Positions 38,681 to 48,512 of a stretch of DNA of 64,000 nt are shown here, one piece after another; position 1 is the stretch's first letter; each line of letters starts with the position of its first letter. Source of the stretch: Paracoccaceae bacterium (lineage in GTDB: Bacteria > Pseudomonadota > Alphaproteobacteria > Rhodobacterales > Rhodobacteraceae). The notes below the pieces were generated by a model that saw nothing but the letters and a program-made list of their open reading frames with translations, was not told where the DNA came from and made no database searches. The position numbers were made by a program, and so were the translations under genes. Location: positions 1,543 to 65,542 of the forward strand of contig JAGXGW010000025.1 of the NCBI GenBank assembly GCA_024636555.1, given 5' to 3'.

Positions 38681-39826
38681 ATGAGAACCCCTTTCGAGAT
38701 TTTTCTGGCCGTCCCTCCGGGGCTTGAGGCGACGCTGGCGTCCGAGGCGGCGGCCCTCGGGTTTCCGGCCCCTGTCACCGTGCCGGGCGGTGTGAGCTTT
38801 CACGGCGGCTGGCCTGACGTCTGGCGCGCCAACCTGTCCCTGCGCGGGGCAACCCGTGTTCTGGCGCGGATCGGCAGTTTCCGCGTGCTGCATCTGGCGC
38901 AACTGGACAAACGCGCGCGCAAATTCGACTGGGCCACCGTGTTGCGCGCCGATATTCCGGTGCGAGTGGAAGTGACCTGCAAGGCCTCCAAGATCTATCA
39001 CGCAGGCGCGGCAAAACAGCGGATCGAGACCGCATTGCGCGAAACGCTCGGGGTCGAGGTGCTGTCGGGGCCAGCGGTCGAGGACGCGGCGGATGCGGCT
39101 GCCACGCCGGAAATCCGCCTCAAGGCGCGGATCGAGGATGATCTGTGCACCTTCAGCATCGACACTACGGGCGAGTCCCTGCACAAGCGCGGCCACAAAC
39201 AGGCGATGGCAAAAGCGCCCCTGCGCGAGACGCTGGCGGCGCTTTTCCTGCGCCAGTGCGGCTATGACGGGGCCGAGGCTGTGCTGGACCCGATGTGCGG
39301 ATCAGGCACTTTTGTGATCGAGGCGGCGGAAATGGCCCTTGGCCTGCTGCCCGGACGCGCGCGCAGCTTTGCTTTCGAGCATCTGGCCAGTTTTGACCCG
39401 TCAGGTTGGGAAAAGCTGCGAAAGGCCGCCCCGCCCCGCGCCACAGACCTGCGCTTTCACGGCTCCGACCGCGATGCAGGCGCGATCCGCGCCGCCACCG
39501 CCAATGCCGAACGTGCAGGCGTGGCAGGCATCACCACCTTCCAGACCCATGCGATCAGCGATCTTGTCCGCCCCGAAGGCCCGCCCGGCCTGATCATGGT
39601 CAACCCGCCCTACGGTGCGCGGATCGGCGAGCGCAAGCTTCTCTTCGCGCTTTACGGCGCGCTTGGCAAAACGCTGGCCGAGCGGTTTCGCGGCTGGCGC
39701 GTCGGCCTTGTCACCAGCGATCCCGCGCTGGCCAAGGCCACCGCCCTGCGGTTCCTGCCCACCGCCCCCGCAGTGTCGAACGGCGGTCTGAAAGTCACGC
39801 TTTACCGCAGCGATCCTTTACCCTGA
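38681..39826 (+). CDS. THUMP-domain class I SAM-dependent RNA methyltransferase (RlmL N-terminal-like)
   Basis: PPGLE, DTTGESLHKRG, APLRETLAA, DPMCGSGT and NPPYG motifs. Confidence 0.9.
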   Translation: MRTPFEIFLAVPPGLEATLASEAAALGFPAPVTVPGGVSFHGGWPDVWRANLSLRGATRVLARIGSFRVLHLAQLDKRARKFDWATVLRADIPVRVEVTCKASKIYHAGAAKQRIETALRETLGVEVLSGPAVEDAADAAATPEIRLKARIEDDLCTFSIDTTGESLHKRGHKQAMAKAPLRETLAALFLRQCGYDGAEAVLDPMCGSGTFVIEAAEMALGLLPGRARSFAFEHLASFDPSGWEKLRKAAPPRATDLRFHGSDRDAGAIRAATANAERAGVAGITTFQTHAISDLVRPEGPPGLIMVNPPYGARIGERKLLFALYGALGKTLAERFRGWRVGLVTSDPALAKATALRFLPTAPAVSNGGLKVTLYRSDPLP

Positions 39827-39857
39827 TACTGCGCCCGCACAGCACAGGAATCATCGC

Positions 39858-40655
39858 ATGCCGCATCCCCTCGTCACCGCTCAGGATATCGCAGATTACC
39901 AACGTGACGGGGTCGTGCTGATCCGTGGCCTGTTCCGTGACCATGTCGAGACACTCGCCGCCGGGATCGAGCGCAACATGGCCGCGCCCGGCCCCTATGC
40001 CGCCGAGAACCTCAAGGCGGGCGAAGGCGGGCGCTTCTTCGACGATTACTGCAACTGGCAGCGCATCCCCGAATTCGAGCAGGTGATCCGCACCTCCCCC
40101 GCCGCCGAGGTGGCGGCAGACCTGACGGAATCGCAGGCCGTGCAGCTTTTCCATGACCATATCCTTGTCAAGGAACCAGGCACCTCCAAGCCGACCCCGT
40201 GGCATCAGGATGGCCCCTATTATTTCGTCGAGGGTCGCCAGAGCGTCAGCTTCTGGTCGCCCCTTGATCCGGTGCGGGAGGCCAGCCTGCGCTGCGTGGC
40301 GGGATCGCATCTCTGGCCCCGTCCCGTCCTGCCGACCCGCTGGCTGTCGGAGGAGAATTTCTACCCCGATGCAGAGGCCTACATGCCCGTGCCCGATCCC
40401 GATACCGAAGGCATGGAGATCCGCGAATGGCATATGGAGCCGGGCGATGCGGTGGCATTTCACTACAGCACGCTGCACGGCGCACGTGGCAACGAGACCG
40501 CCCAGCGCCGCCGCGCCTTCTCGCTGCGGCTGGTGGGCGACGATGCCCGTTATGTGGAGCGTCCCGGCCCCACGTCGCCGCCCTTTTCGGGCCATGACAT
40601 GCAGCCGGGGCAAAAGCTGCGGACAGACTGGTTTCCGGTGCTCTACACCCGCTGA
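39858..40655 (+). CDS. Phytanoyl-CoA dioxygenase (PhyH) family Fe(II)/2-oxoglutarate oxygenase
   Basis: YQRDG, KEPG..TPWHQD (HxD), AGSH, PGDAVAF...LHG and RRAFS motifs. Confidence 0.9.
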   Translation: MPHPLVTAQDIADYQRDGVVLIRGLFRDHVETLAAGIERNMAAPGPYAAENLKAGEGGRFFDDYCNWQRIPEFEQVIRTSPAAEVAADLTESQAVQLFHDHILVKEPGTSKPTPWHQDGPYYFVEGRQSVSFWSPLDPVREASLRCVAGSHLWPRPVLPTRWLSEENFYPDAEAYMPVPDPDTEGMEIREWHMEPGDAVAFHYSTLHGARGNETAQRRRAFSLRLVGDDARYVERPGPTSPPFSGHDMQPGQKLRTDWFPVLYTR

Positions 40656-40680
40656 AACCTGCCCTTGCGGCAGGGGTTTT
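40656..40680 (+). terminator. Probable intrinsic terminator
   Basis: CCTGCC-CTTGC-GGCAGG hairpin followed by GGTTTT right after the stop codon. Confidence 0.45.
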
Positions 40681-40735
40681 CTTGCCAAAGGCGCGGCCAT
40701 AGTCTCGCCCCGTCACACAGGCGCGAGTGTTCACC

Positions 40736-41938
40736 ATGCGGTTGCCGGTTCTGTTCATCCTGATCACGGTCGTGATCGATGCCATGGGCATCGGGCTGAT
40801 CCTGCCGGTGATGCCGGATTTGATCCGCGAGACAACGGGCGGGACGCTGGCGCAGGCGGCGGTCTGGGGTGGTATCCTGTCCACAGCCTTTGCCGCGATG
40901 CAATTCCTCTTCGGCCCCGTTCTGGGCGCGCTGTCGGACCGTTTCGGGCGGCGTCCGGTCCTGTTGCTCTCGCTTGTCGTGATGGCGGCGGATTACGTGG
41001 TGATGGCGCTGGCCGGCTCCATCTGGTTGCTGCTGGCGGGCCGGATCGTGGGCGGGGTGACGGCGGCGACCCATTCCACCGCCTCGGCCTATATGGCCGA
41101 TATCTCCGCACCGCATGAGAAGGCGCGCAACTTCGGGCTGATCGGCGCGGCCTTCGGCGTGGGCTTCGTGCTGGGGCCGGTGATCGGCGGGCTGCTGGCC
41201 GAATGGGGCACCCGCGCGCCCTTTGTGGCCGCTGCCATTCTGGCGCTGACCAATGCCGCCTTCGGCTGGTTCGTGCTGCGCGAGACGGTGACAGACCGCA
41301 TCCGCCGTCCCTTCGAATGGCGGCGCGCCAATCCGTTCGGGGCGATCCGCGCGGTGTCGCGTCTGGCAGGGGTCGGGCCGCTGATCTGGGTCTACTTCCT
41401 CTACCATTTCGCGGCCGTGGTCTATCCGGCGATCTGGGCCTATTTCACCGCCGCGCGCTTTGGCTGGTCGCCCGGCCTGATCGGCGTATCACTGGCCGTC
41501 TACGGCTTGTCGCTTGCCTTTGCTCAGGGCTTGCTCGTGGGGCCTGCGATCCGGTTTTTCGGCGATGCCCGCACGGTTCTGCTGGGCCTGATCATCGAGG
41601 TCGTGTCCCTCGTCATCCTCGGCTTCATCTCCTCGGGTCTGCTGCTGTTGCTGCTGATCCCCGTCACGGCCCTCGGCGCGATCGGGCTGCCCGCCTTGCA
41701 AGGTATCCTGTCACGCGCCGTGGCCGATAACGCACAAGGCGAGTTGCAGGGCGTGCTGACCAGCCTGACGGCGGTGGCGATGGTGCTGGCCCCGCTGGTG
41801 ATGACCCAGACATTCGCCAGCTTCACCCGCGTCGATGCGGCGATCTACCTGCCCGGCGCGCCCTTTCTGCTGTCCGCCGTGATCATGGCGCTGGCTCTGG
41901 TGCTCTATCAATGGCGCGGGCGGCGCGTGACGGGCTAA
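40736..41938 (+). CDS. TetA-like MFS drug:H+ antiporter (DHA1)
   Basis: DAMGIGLILPVMP, GALSDRFGRRP, AYMAD, GFVLGPVIGG, LRET and QGELQG motifs; 12 TM segments. Confidence 0.9.
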   Translation: MRLPVLFILITVVIDAMGIGLILPVMPDLIRETTGGTLAQAAVWGGILSTAFAAMQFLFGPVLGALSDRFGRRPVLLLSLVVMAADYVVMALAGSIWLLLAGRIVGGVTAATHSTASAYMADISAPHEKARNFGLIGAAFGVGFVLGPVIGGLLAEWGTRAPFVAAAILALTNAAFGWFVLRETVTDRIRRPFEWRRANPFGAIRAVSRLAGVGPLIWVYFLYHFAAVVYPAIWAYFTAARFGWSPGLIGVSLAVYGLSLAFAQGLLVGPAIRFFGDARTVLLGLIIEVVSLVILGFISSGLLLLLLIPVTALGAIGLPALQGILSRAVADNAQGELQGVLTSLTAVAMVLAPLVMTQTFASFTRVDAAIYLPGAPFLLSAVIMALALVLYQWRGRRVTG

Positions 41939-42049
41939 GCGCGGGACGGGCGCGTTCCGCCATGCAGACAATGTTTTTGCACTTGCGCCATCCAGCCCGT
42001 GCGGGCAGGTTCTGGCCTCAAGAGTGACCATCCAGAAAGGTATCGCCTC

Positions 42050-43138
42050 ATGCAGACCATCAAGGCCGCCGTATGTCACGCCTTTGGCACACCGCTGACG
42101 ATCGAGGAGGTGCGTCTGCGCGCGCCGGAGATGGGCGAGATCGAGGTGCAACTGGATGCCGTGGCGATCTGCCATTCCGACATATCCTTTGCGGACGGCG
42201 CATGGGGCGGCTCGCTGCCCGCTGTCTACGGCCACGAGGCTGCAGGCCGCGTCACCGCAATCGGCGCGGGTGTGTCCGGTATCGCCGTGGGGGATTCCGT
42301 CGCCGTGACGCTGATCCGTGCCTGCGGCGGGTGCACCAATTGCGGCTCGGGCAAGCCAACCCTGTGCGAGACGCCCTATAACGGCGACAAGGGTCCGCTC
42401 TCGACCGCCGATGGCGGGATGCTGCATCAGGCGATGGCCTGCGGTGCCTTTGCGGAATCCGTGGTGGTCGATCAAAGCCAGGTCGTGAAAATCCCCGATG
42501 ACTTGGCCAAGGATGTCGCGGCGCTTCTGTCCTGCGGCGTGATTACCGGCGTCGGTGCCGTGGTCAATGCCGCCGCCTTGCGCGCCGGGCAGGATGTTGT
42601 GGTGATCGGCGCGGGAGGCGTCGGCCTCAACGCCATTCAGGGCGCGCGTATCGCCGGGGCGCGGCGGATCATCGCCGTCGACATGAGCGAGGAGAAGCTG
42701 GATGTCGCCCGCGAATTCGGCGCGACAGACGGGATACTCGCCACCGACCCCAAGCCGTGGTCAAAAGCCAAACGCATCATGGGGCGCGGGGCCGATGCGG
42801 TGATCGTCACCGTGGGCGCGATACCGGCCTATGACACCGCACCGCGCTTTCTGGGCTATGGCGGGCGCGTGGTGATGGTGGGCATGCCGCATTCCGGCCA
42901 GACCTCCACCTACGAGCCTGTCGTGATGGCGGCGGTGGGTCAGGGCATGATCGGCTCCAAAATGGGAGATGTGGTGATCAAGCGCGACATTCCGTGGATG
43001 GTGGACCTCTACCAGCAGGGCCGCCTGAAACTGGACGAACTGATCTCGGGCCGCTGGAGGCTGGACCAGATCAACGAGGCGATTGCCGATACGAGATCGG
43101 GTGCTGCGCGGCGCAATGTGATTATCCTGCGCGACTGA
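42050..43138 (+). CDS. Zn-dependent medium-chain alcohol dehydrogenase
   Basis: CHSD, GHE, structural CGGCTNC...C, LSCG and GAGGVG motifs. Confidence 0.93.
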   Translation: MQTIKAAVCHAFGTPLTIEEVRLRAPEMGEIEVQLDAVAICHSDISFADGAWGGSLPAVYGHEAAGRVTAIGAGVSGIAVGDSVAVTLIRACGGCTNCGSGKPTLCETPYNGDKGPLSTADGGMLHQAMACGAFAESVVVDQSQVVKIPDDLAKDVAALLSCGVITGVGAVVNAAALRAGQDVVVIGAGGVGLNAIQGARIAGARRIIAVDMSEEKLDVAREFGATDGILATDPKPWSKAKRIMGRGADAVIVTVGAIPAYDTAPRFLGYGGRVVMVGMPHSGQTSTYEPVVMAAVGQGMIGSKMGDVVIKRDIPWMVDLYQQGRLKLDELISGRWRLDQINEAIADTRSGAARRNVIILRD

Positions 43139-43187
43139 CCCTTTTGCGCTTTCACTGTTCTCCAAATACTCGAAGGAGCGACTGACG

Positions 43188-44420
43188 ATGAAACTGGCCG
43201 ACCTCGATATCATCGTCACAGCACCCCCTGCCCCCGGTTGGGGCGGGCGCTACTGGATCCTGGTCAAGCTCACGACCGATACCGGGATCATCGGCTGGGG
43301 CGAATGCTACGCCGCCTCTGTCGGGCCTGAGGCGATGCGCGCCGTGATCACGGATGTCTTCGAGCGTCACATGCAGGGCGAGAACCCCGAGAATATCGAG
43401 AAAATGTTCCGCCGCGTCTATTCCTCCGGCTTCACGCAGCGCCCTGACCTGACCGTGATGGGCGCGTTCTCGGGGCTGGAGATCGCGTGCTGGGATATTC
43501 TGGGCAAGGACCGGGGCCGCCCTGTCTGGGCATTGCTGGGTGGCAAGATCAACGACCAGCTGCGCGCCTATACCTATCTCTATCCCTTGCCACATCACGA
43601 CCATGCGCCCTTCTGGGTCTCGCCCGACATGGCGGCGGAATCGGCGCTGGAGGCGGTGGAGCGTGGCTATACAGCGGTCAAATTCGATCCCGCCGGCCCC
43701 TATACGATGCGTGGCGGACATATGCCCGCGATGCGCGACATATCGCGTTCCGTCGCCTTCTGCCGCGCCATCCGCGAGGCTGTGGGCGATCGCGCCGATC
43801 TGCTGTTCGGCACGCATGGCCAGTTCACCACCGCAGGTGCGATCCGGCTGGGTCAGGCGTTGGAGCCCTATAGCCCGCTGTGGTACGAAGAGCCGATCCC
43901 GCCGGACAATCTGCTGGAATTCGCCAAGGTTGCGCAGGCGGTGCGGATTCCGCTGGCCACGGGCGAGCGGATGACCACCAAGGCGGAATTCGCCACGCTT
44001 TTGCGCACGGGCGGGGCCGAGATATTGCAACCCGCGCTGGGGCGTGCGGGCGGCATCTGGGAGATGAAGAAGGTGGCCGCGATGGCCGAGGCGTTCAACG
44101 TCCAGATCGCGCCGCATCTTTATGCAGGCCCCGTGGAATGGGCCGCGAATGTGCATCTGGCCGCCTCCATCCCCAATCTGTTGATGATCGAGACAATCGA
44201 GACGCCGTTCCACGACGGGCTTATCAAGGGCACGATCCGGGTCGAGAATGGCCATGTCATTCCGCCCGAGACACCCGGCCTCGGGATCGAGGTCGATGAG
44301 GAACTGGCCCGCGCCAATCCCTACACCGGCACCGGTCTGCACCTGCAAATGCAGCAGGACCCTTGCGATTACCAAAATGAGAACCATTTTGAAGGCGGAG
44401 CGCCCGCAGGCGGGAACTAA
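43188..44420 (+). CDS. Mandelate racemase/muconate lactonizing enzyme (enolase superfamily) protein
   Basis: GIIGWGE, SGLEIACWDILGK, LLGG, KFDP, YEEP, TGER, APH and PGLG motifs. Confidence 0.92.
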   Translation: MKLADLDIIVTAPPAPGWGGRYWILVKLTTDTGIIGWGECYAASVGPEAMRAVITDVFERHMQGENPENIEKMFRRVYSSGFTQRPDLTVMGAFSGLEIACWDILGKDRGRPVWALLGGKINDQLRAYTYLYPLPHHDHAPFWVSPDMAAESALEAVERGYTAVKFDPAGPYTMRGGHMPAMRDISRSVAFCRAIREAVGDRADLLFGTHGQFTTAGAIRLGQALEPYSPLWYEEPIPPDNLLEFAKVAQAVRIPLATGERMTTKAEFATLLRTGGAEILQPALGRAGGIWEMKKVAAMAEAFNVQIAPHLYAGPVEWAANVHLAASIPNLLMIETIETPFHDGLIKGTIRVENGHVIPPETPGLGIEVDEELARANPYTGTGLHLQMQQDPCDYQNENHFEGGAPAGGN

Positions 44421-44441
44421 CCTCGCCCAGGGCGGAAAAAC

Positions 44442-44828
44442 ATGATAGAAAACGCAAAACAGATGCAGGATCTTGCAGAATTGACGACGCACAGCCCCCC
44501 CGCCCCGCCTTCGGAAATGGCGCGCAATGCCGAAGCGGCTGCGACCTATCTCAAGACGCTGGCCCATGAAGGGCGCTTGATGATCCTGTGCCATCTGGGA
44601 TCAGGCGAGAAATCCGTTGGAGAGTTGGAAAGCCTGCTGGAAATCCGGCAGGCCGCCGTCAGCCAGATGCTGGCACGGCTGCGCGAAGAGCGGCTGGTCA
44701 CAACCCGCCGCGAAGGCAAGACCATCTTCTACAGCCTCGCGGACGAGAACACCCAAGAGGTGATCGGCCTGCTGTACCGGCTGTTCTGCAGCCCGGATGT
44801 ACAGGATACCAGCCGTAGCTCCTGCTGA
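44442..44828 (+). CDS. ArsR/SmtB regulator, SqrR/BigR-like persulfide sensor
   Basis: LAHEGRLMILC and C-terminal LYRLFC give the two-Cys layout; QAAVSQ.LARLR and RREGKTI.YSL match recalled Rhodobacter SqrR. Confidence 0.85.
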   Translation: MIENAKQMQDLAELTTHSPPAPPSEMARNAEAAATYLKTLAHEGRLMILCHLGSGEKSVGELESLLEIRQAAVSQMLARLREERLVTTRREGKTIFYSLADENTQEVIGLLYRLFCSPDVQDTSRSSC

Positions 44829-44840
44829 GCGTGCGGCCTT

Positions 44841-45728
44841 TCAGGTGCCTGTCCACCACGCCTCGACTGCGGCTTTCGTGATCGCCGCTTGCGGGCCGAT
44901 TGCCACCAACCGTGTGCGCGCCACAGGTGCAACTGCGGGTTTGATCTCGACGCTGCGGCCAACAACCTGCACCTCCCAGCCATGCCCCTGCGGCGCGCGC
45001 ACCAGACCCTTGATGCGGTAAAGCGCCTGCGGGGCGGCGGTAAGTTTGCAGGCCAGCCTGTCGCGGTCCATCACTGTGTCGCCGTCATGGCTCCAACCCA
45101 GATAGGCGGGATGGGCGGCATTGGTTTGCCTGCCTTCCAGCGGCGCGATCCCGCCCAGCAACAAAGGCGCTACGGCAGGGCATGTGGACAGGTCGATCTG
45201 CGGGGCTGCGCTGAGGGCACAGAGCCGGGTCAACAGGCTGTCGGGCACACCGCCTTCGGTCTTGGACAGCAACAGCATGTCGGCCACCGCCACCTGCCCG
45301 CGTATCTGCGCGCCGATCTGCGGATCATCCGCCAGCGCCAGCCAGTGCTGTGCATCCACGACAACGGCGATGCCGCCATAGGCCATGTCCGGCTCGGCCC
45401 TTGCGGCGGCGGCGATGCGGGCGGGATCGGCGATGCCGGAGGCCTCGATCACCAGATGGTCGGGGCGCGGCCGGCGGTCCAGCGCGTCGCCCATCGCCAT
45501 GAACAGATCCGCCCCCATCGTGCAGCAGACGCAGCCGTTTGTCAGGGTGATCGTGTCCCCCTCGGCCGAGGCGATCAGATCGGCGTCTATGTTGATCGCG
45601 CCGAAATCATTGACCATGACCATGATGCGCTGGCCATGATCGTCGCGCAGCAGGCGGTTGAGCAGCGTGGTCTTGCCAGCCCCCAGATAGCCGCCGATGA
45701 CGGTCAAAGGCAGGCGGGGCAAGCTCAT
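44841..45728 (-). CDS. CobW/COG0523 G3E GTPase metallochaperone
   Basis: GYLGAGKTT, VNDFG, NGCVCC, IEASG and C-terminal RIKG; ATGA overlap with the amidohydrolase. Confidence 0.92.
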   Translation of the reverse strand: MSLPRLPLTVIGGYLGAGKTTLLNRLLRDDHGQRIMVMVNDFGAINIDADLIASAEGDTITLTNGCVCCTMGADLFMAMGDALDRRPRPDHLVIEASGIADPARIAAAARAEPDMAYGGIAVVVDAQHWLALADDPQIGAQIRGQVAVADMLLLSKTEGGVPDSLLTRLCALSAAPQIDLSTCPAVAPLLLGGIAPLEGRQTNAAHPAYLGWSHDGDTVMDRDRLACKLTAAPQALYRIKGLVRAPQGHGWEVQVVGRSVEIKPAVAPVARTRLVAIGPQAAITKAAVEAWWTGT

Positions 45729-47365
45729 GCCAGATGCACCCGCCCGTCGAGCACGGTGCCCAGCACCGGCACATCCTTCAGCGCCATCGGCGCCACCGCC
45801 AGCGGATCATCGCCAAGCACCGCGAAATCGGCGCGTTTGCCTGTCTCGATACTGCCGATCTCGTGGTCCATGTGCAGCGTATAGGCCGCCCCCAAAGTGA
45901 TGGCCTGCAACGCCTCGGCCACCGTGATGCATTGCGCGGCCCCCATCGTGCGGCCCGACATGGTCTGCCGGTTGACCGCGCACCATGCGGTGAACAGCGG
46001 GCCAAGCGGCGTGACCGGCGCATCGGAATGCAGCGCGACATGGACGCCCGCGTCCAGTGCGGCGCGGGCTGCGTTCATCCGGCAGGCCCGGTCCTCGCCC
46101 ACGGTCAGCGCGATGTGCTGATCGCCGAAATACCAGATATGGTTGGAGAAAATGTTGGTGCAAATCCCCAGTTCGACACAGCGCAGGAACTGATCCACCC
46201 CCATCAACTGGCAATGCTGCAAGACATGGCGCGCATCGGGCCACGGGTGTTCGCGGGAGGCTGCGGCGATGGCGTCAATCGCCACGCTGCTGGCCTCGTC
46301 CCCGTTGACATGGATATGCATCTGCACGCCTGCCGCCTGCATCGCCGTAACCATGCGCTGGATCTCGTCGGGTGCCATGTTCCAGATCCCGTTGGCCTGT
46401 CCGCCGATATAGCCCGGCCATTTGACCCTTGCGGTCCAGCCCTGAATGGAGCCGTCCGTCATCAGCTTGACAGCCCCAAGCCGCAACTTGTCGCTAGAAT
46501 GCGCGCGCAACGCCACTGCCCGCGCAGATGCCTGCGCCGGATCGCTGCCCGCCACACCCAGCACCGGCACCAGACGGGCGGGAAAAGCGGTGTCGGATGT
46601 CACGGCCAACAGCGTCGCCAAATCGCTGTCTTCCATCTGGGAGTAAAGATCGGTGATCGTCGTCACGCCCGCGCGCACACAGACCGCGCCGTAACTGCGG
46701 ATGGAGGGCTCTGTCTGCGACAAGCCACGGAAATCCATGCCGACGCGCCGCATCACAGGAAACATCGCGGCCATTTCCTGCAACTCGCCTGTCGGCTCGC
46801 CGTCCGCGCCTTTGACCACGCCTTCGGCATTGCTCGTGCGGTCATAACCCGCCAGTTCCAGCGCTTTCGAATTCACGCACATCAAATGGAAATTGGAGAA
46901 CATGATCGCCACGGGCCGGTCGCTGCTGATCTGGTCCAGATGCTTGCGGCTGAGGCGTTCGCCCGAGAAGAAGATCGGATCAAGCCCCCAGCCGATCAGC
47001 GGCTGGCCCGGCTCCAGTGATTTCTCATAGTCCGACAGATCGCGCACCACGGCGTCGAGATCGGGCTTGCCCGTCCACCATTTGCCCTGTGGGTCCATCC
47101 GGTCATGGAATCCCGCATAGGCGAAATTCCACATCGCGCCAGCCATCATATGGGCATGGCCTTCGACCAATCCGGGCATCAGCACGGTACCCGCAAGGGT
47201 CTCGTCATGGCGCAGGGTATGGCCTGCGGCTTGCCATGCGTCGGCGCAGGATGCGTCACCCACCGCGAGAATCCTGCCATCCAGAACAGCCACATGCGTG
47301 GCCTCCGGGCGGTTCGGGTCCATGGTGATGATCTTTTTTGCACTGAAGACAGTAATTTCGGCCAT
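45725..47365 (-). CDS. Amidohydrolase_3 (YtcJ-like) metal-dependent hydrolase
   Basis: PGLVEGHAH, KLMTDGSIQG, HIHVNGD, LQHCQ, HSDAP and GSIETGKRADF motifs; GGAG RBS before MAEI. Confidence 0.9.
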   Translation of the reverse strand: MAEITVFSAKKIITMDPNRPEATHVAVLDGRILAVGDASCADAWQAAGHTLRHDETLAGTVLMPGLVEGHAHMMAGAMWNFAYAGFHDRMDPQGKWWTGKPDLDAVVRDLSDYEKSLEPGQPLIGWGLDPIFFSGERLSRKHLDQISSDRPVAIMFSNFHLMCVNSKALELAGYDRTSNAEGVVKGADGEPTGELQEMAAMFPVMRRVGMDFRGLSQTEPSIRSYGAVCVRAGVTTITDLYSQMEDSDLATLLAVTSDTAFPARLVPVLGVAGSDPAQASARAVALRAHSSDKLRLGAVKLMTDGSIQGWTARVKWPGYIGGQANGIWNMAPDEIQRMVTAMQAAGVQMHIHVNGDEASSVAIDAIAAASREHPWPDARHVLQHCQLMGVDQFLRCVELGICTNIFSNHIWYFGDQHIALTVGEDRACRMNAARAALDAGVHVALHSDAPVTPLGPLFTAWCAVNRQTMSGRTMGAAQCITVAEALQAITLGAAYTLHMDHEIGSIETGKRADFAVLGDDPLAVAPMALKDVPVLGTVLDGRVHLA

Positions 47366-47460
47366 GCGCTCCTCCTGCATATACCCAAGGCGTAAAGCAG
47401 CTTCCTGTCGTGAGAAAATAGATTTACTGTCGAGAGAAACTTGATTTTATAGGGGAACAG

Positions 47461-48408
47461 ATGCGCTTCACCCTCAAGCAACTGCGGTATTTCGATGCCG
47501 CGATCCGCAACGGCTCTATCGTCAAGGCGGCGCAAGAGATGAACATCTCGCAATCCTCCATCACCGCCGCAATCGACGCGATCGAGCAGACGGTCGGCAG
47601 CGAGTTGTTTCGGCGCGTGCCCGCCAAGGGGGTGCAGCCGACCCTGACCGGCCAGACAGTGGCGGCGCGGATCACGCTGTTTCTGGAACAGGCACGGGTG
47701 TTCGAATCCGATCTGATGTCGCTCTCGGGTGATCCGACAGGTACGCTGCATATGGGCTGTTATGCCCCGACAGCCCCCTATGTGCTGCCGCGCGTGCTCA
47801 AACATCTGTCGCAGATCTATCCGGCAATCCGTATCGACCTCAAGGAAGACAACCTGTCGGCCCTGCTGGATCTTTTGCAGACCGGCCAGATTGATCTGGC
47901 CCTGACCTACAGGCGGCACGGGGCGGAAAGCGGGCCGTTCCAGCCGTTGTTCAGAGCCCGTCCATGGGCGTTGCTGCCGTCGGATTCACCTCTGGCCGCG
48001 AAGGATGGCGTGACGCTGAAGGAACTCTCCGGCCTGCCGATGGTCTTGCTGGACCTGCCAACCGCCAAAGCCTATTTCCGCCGTGTCTTTCTTGATCACG
48101 CGCTGACGCTGAATGTCGTGCATACGACCAAATCCAGCGCCGTGCTGCGGGGGCTTGTTGCAGCGGGGTTTGGATATTCGATCCTCAACATCTGCTCCAA
48201 GGCGGACCGCGACGGCTCCAACGGCTATGTGGCGCGGCCTATTCTGGGCAAAGTGGATACGCCCGAATTCGGCGTGGCCTATACACAGGCCTCGCGGCGT
48301 TCCACGCTTGTGCAGGCCGTGCTGGACATCAGCGAGGAAATGGCGCGGCAGGGCATTTTCGAGGACCTCATCCTGTCACCCGGTCCGGAAAGTTCCACTA
48401 AAAACTAG
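47461..48408 (+). CDS. LysR-family regulator
   Basis: FTLKQLRYF, GSIVKAA..NISQSSIT HTH, substrate-binding domain; divergent from the amidohydrolase. Confidence 0.93.
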   Translation: MRFTLKQLRYFDAAIRNGSIVKAAQEMNISQSSITAAIDAIEQTVGSELFRRVPAKGVQPTLTGQTVAARITLFLEQARVFESDLMSLSGDPTGTLHMGCYAPTAPYVLPRVLKHLSQIYPAIRIDLKEDNLSALLDLLQTGQIDLALTYRRHGAESGPFQPLFRARPWALLPSDSPLAAKDGVTLKELSGLPMVLLDLPTAKAYFRRVFLDHALTLNVVHTTKSSAVLRGLVAAGFGYSILNICSKADRDGSNGYVARPILGKVDTPEFGVAYTQASRRSTLVQAVLDISEEMARQGIFEDLILSPGPESSTKN

Positions 48409-48512
48409 CGTTACCAGCCACAGAAAACACTCTTTTCCGAGGATAGGGCGGCAGTTAGCGTAGGGTCAACTGGCATCAAGACCAAAACAAACACACCAAC
48501 CGGGAGAATGCG

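Noticed and set aside
40736-41938. Acquired tetracycline resistance gene
   Set aside because: No divergent tetR and no mobile element nearby; looks like a chromosomal TetA-like homologue of unknown substrate.
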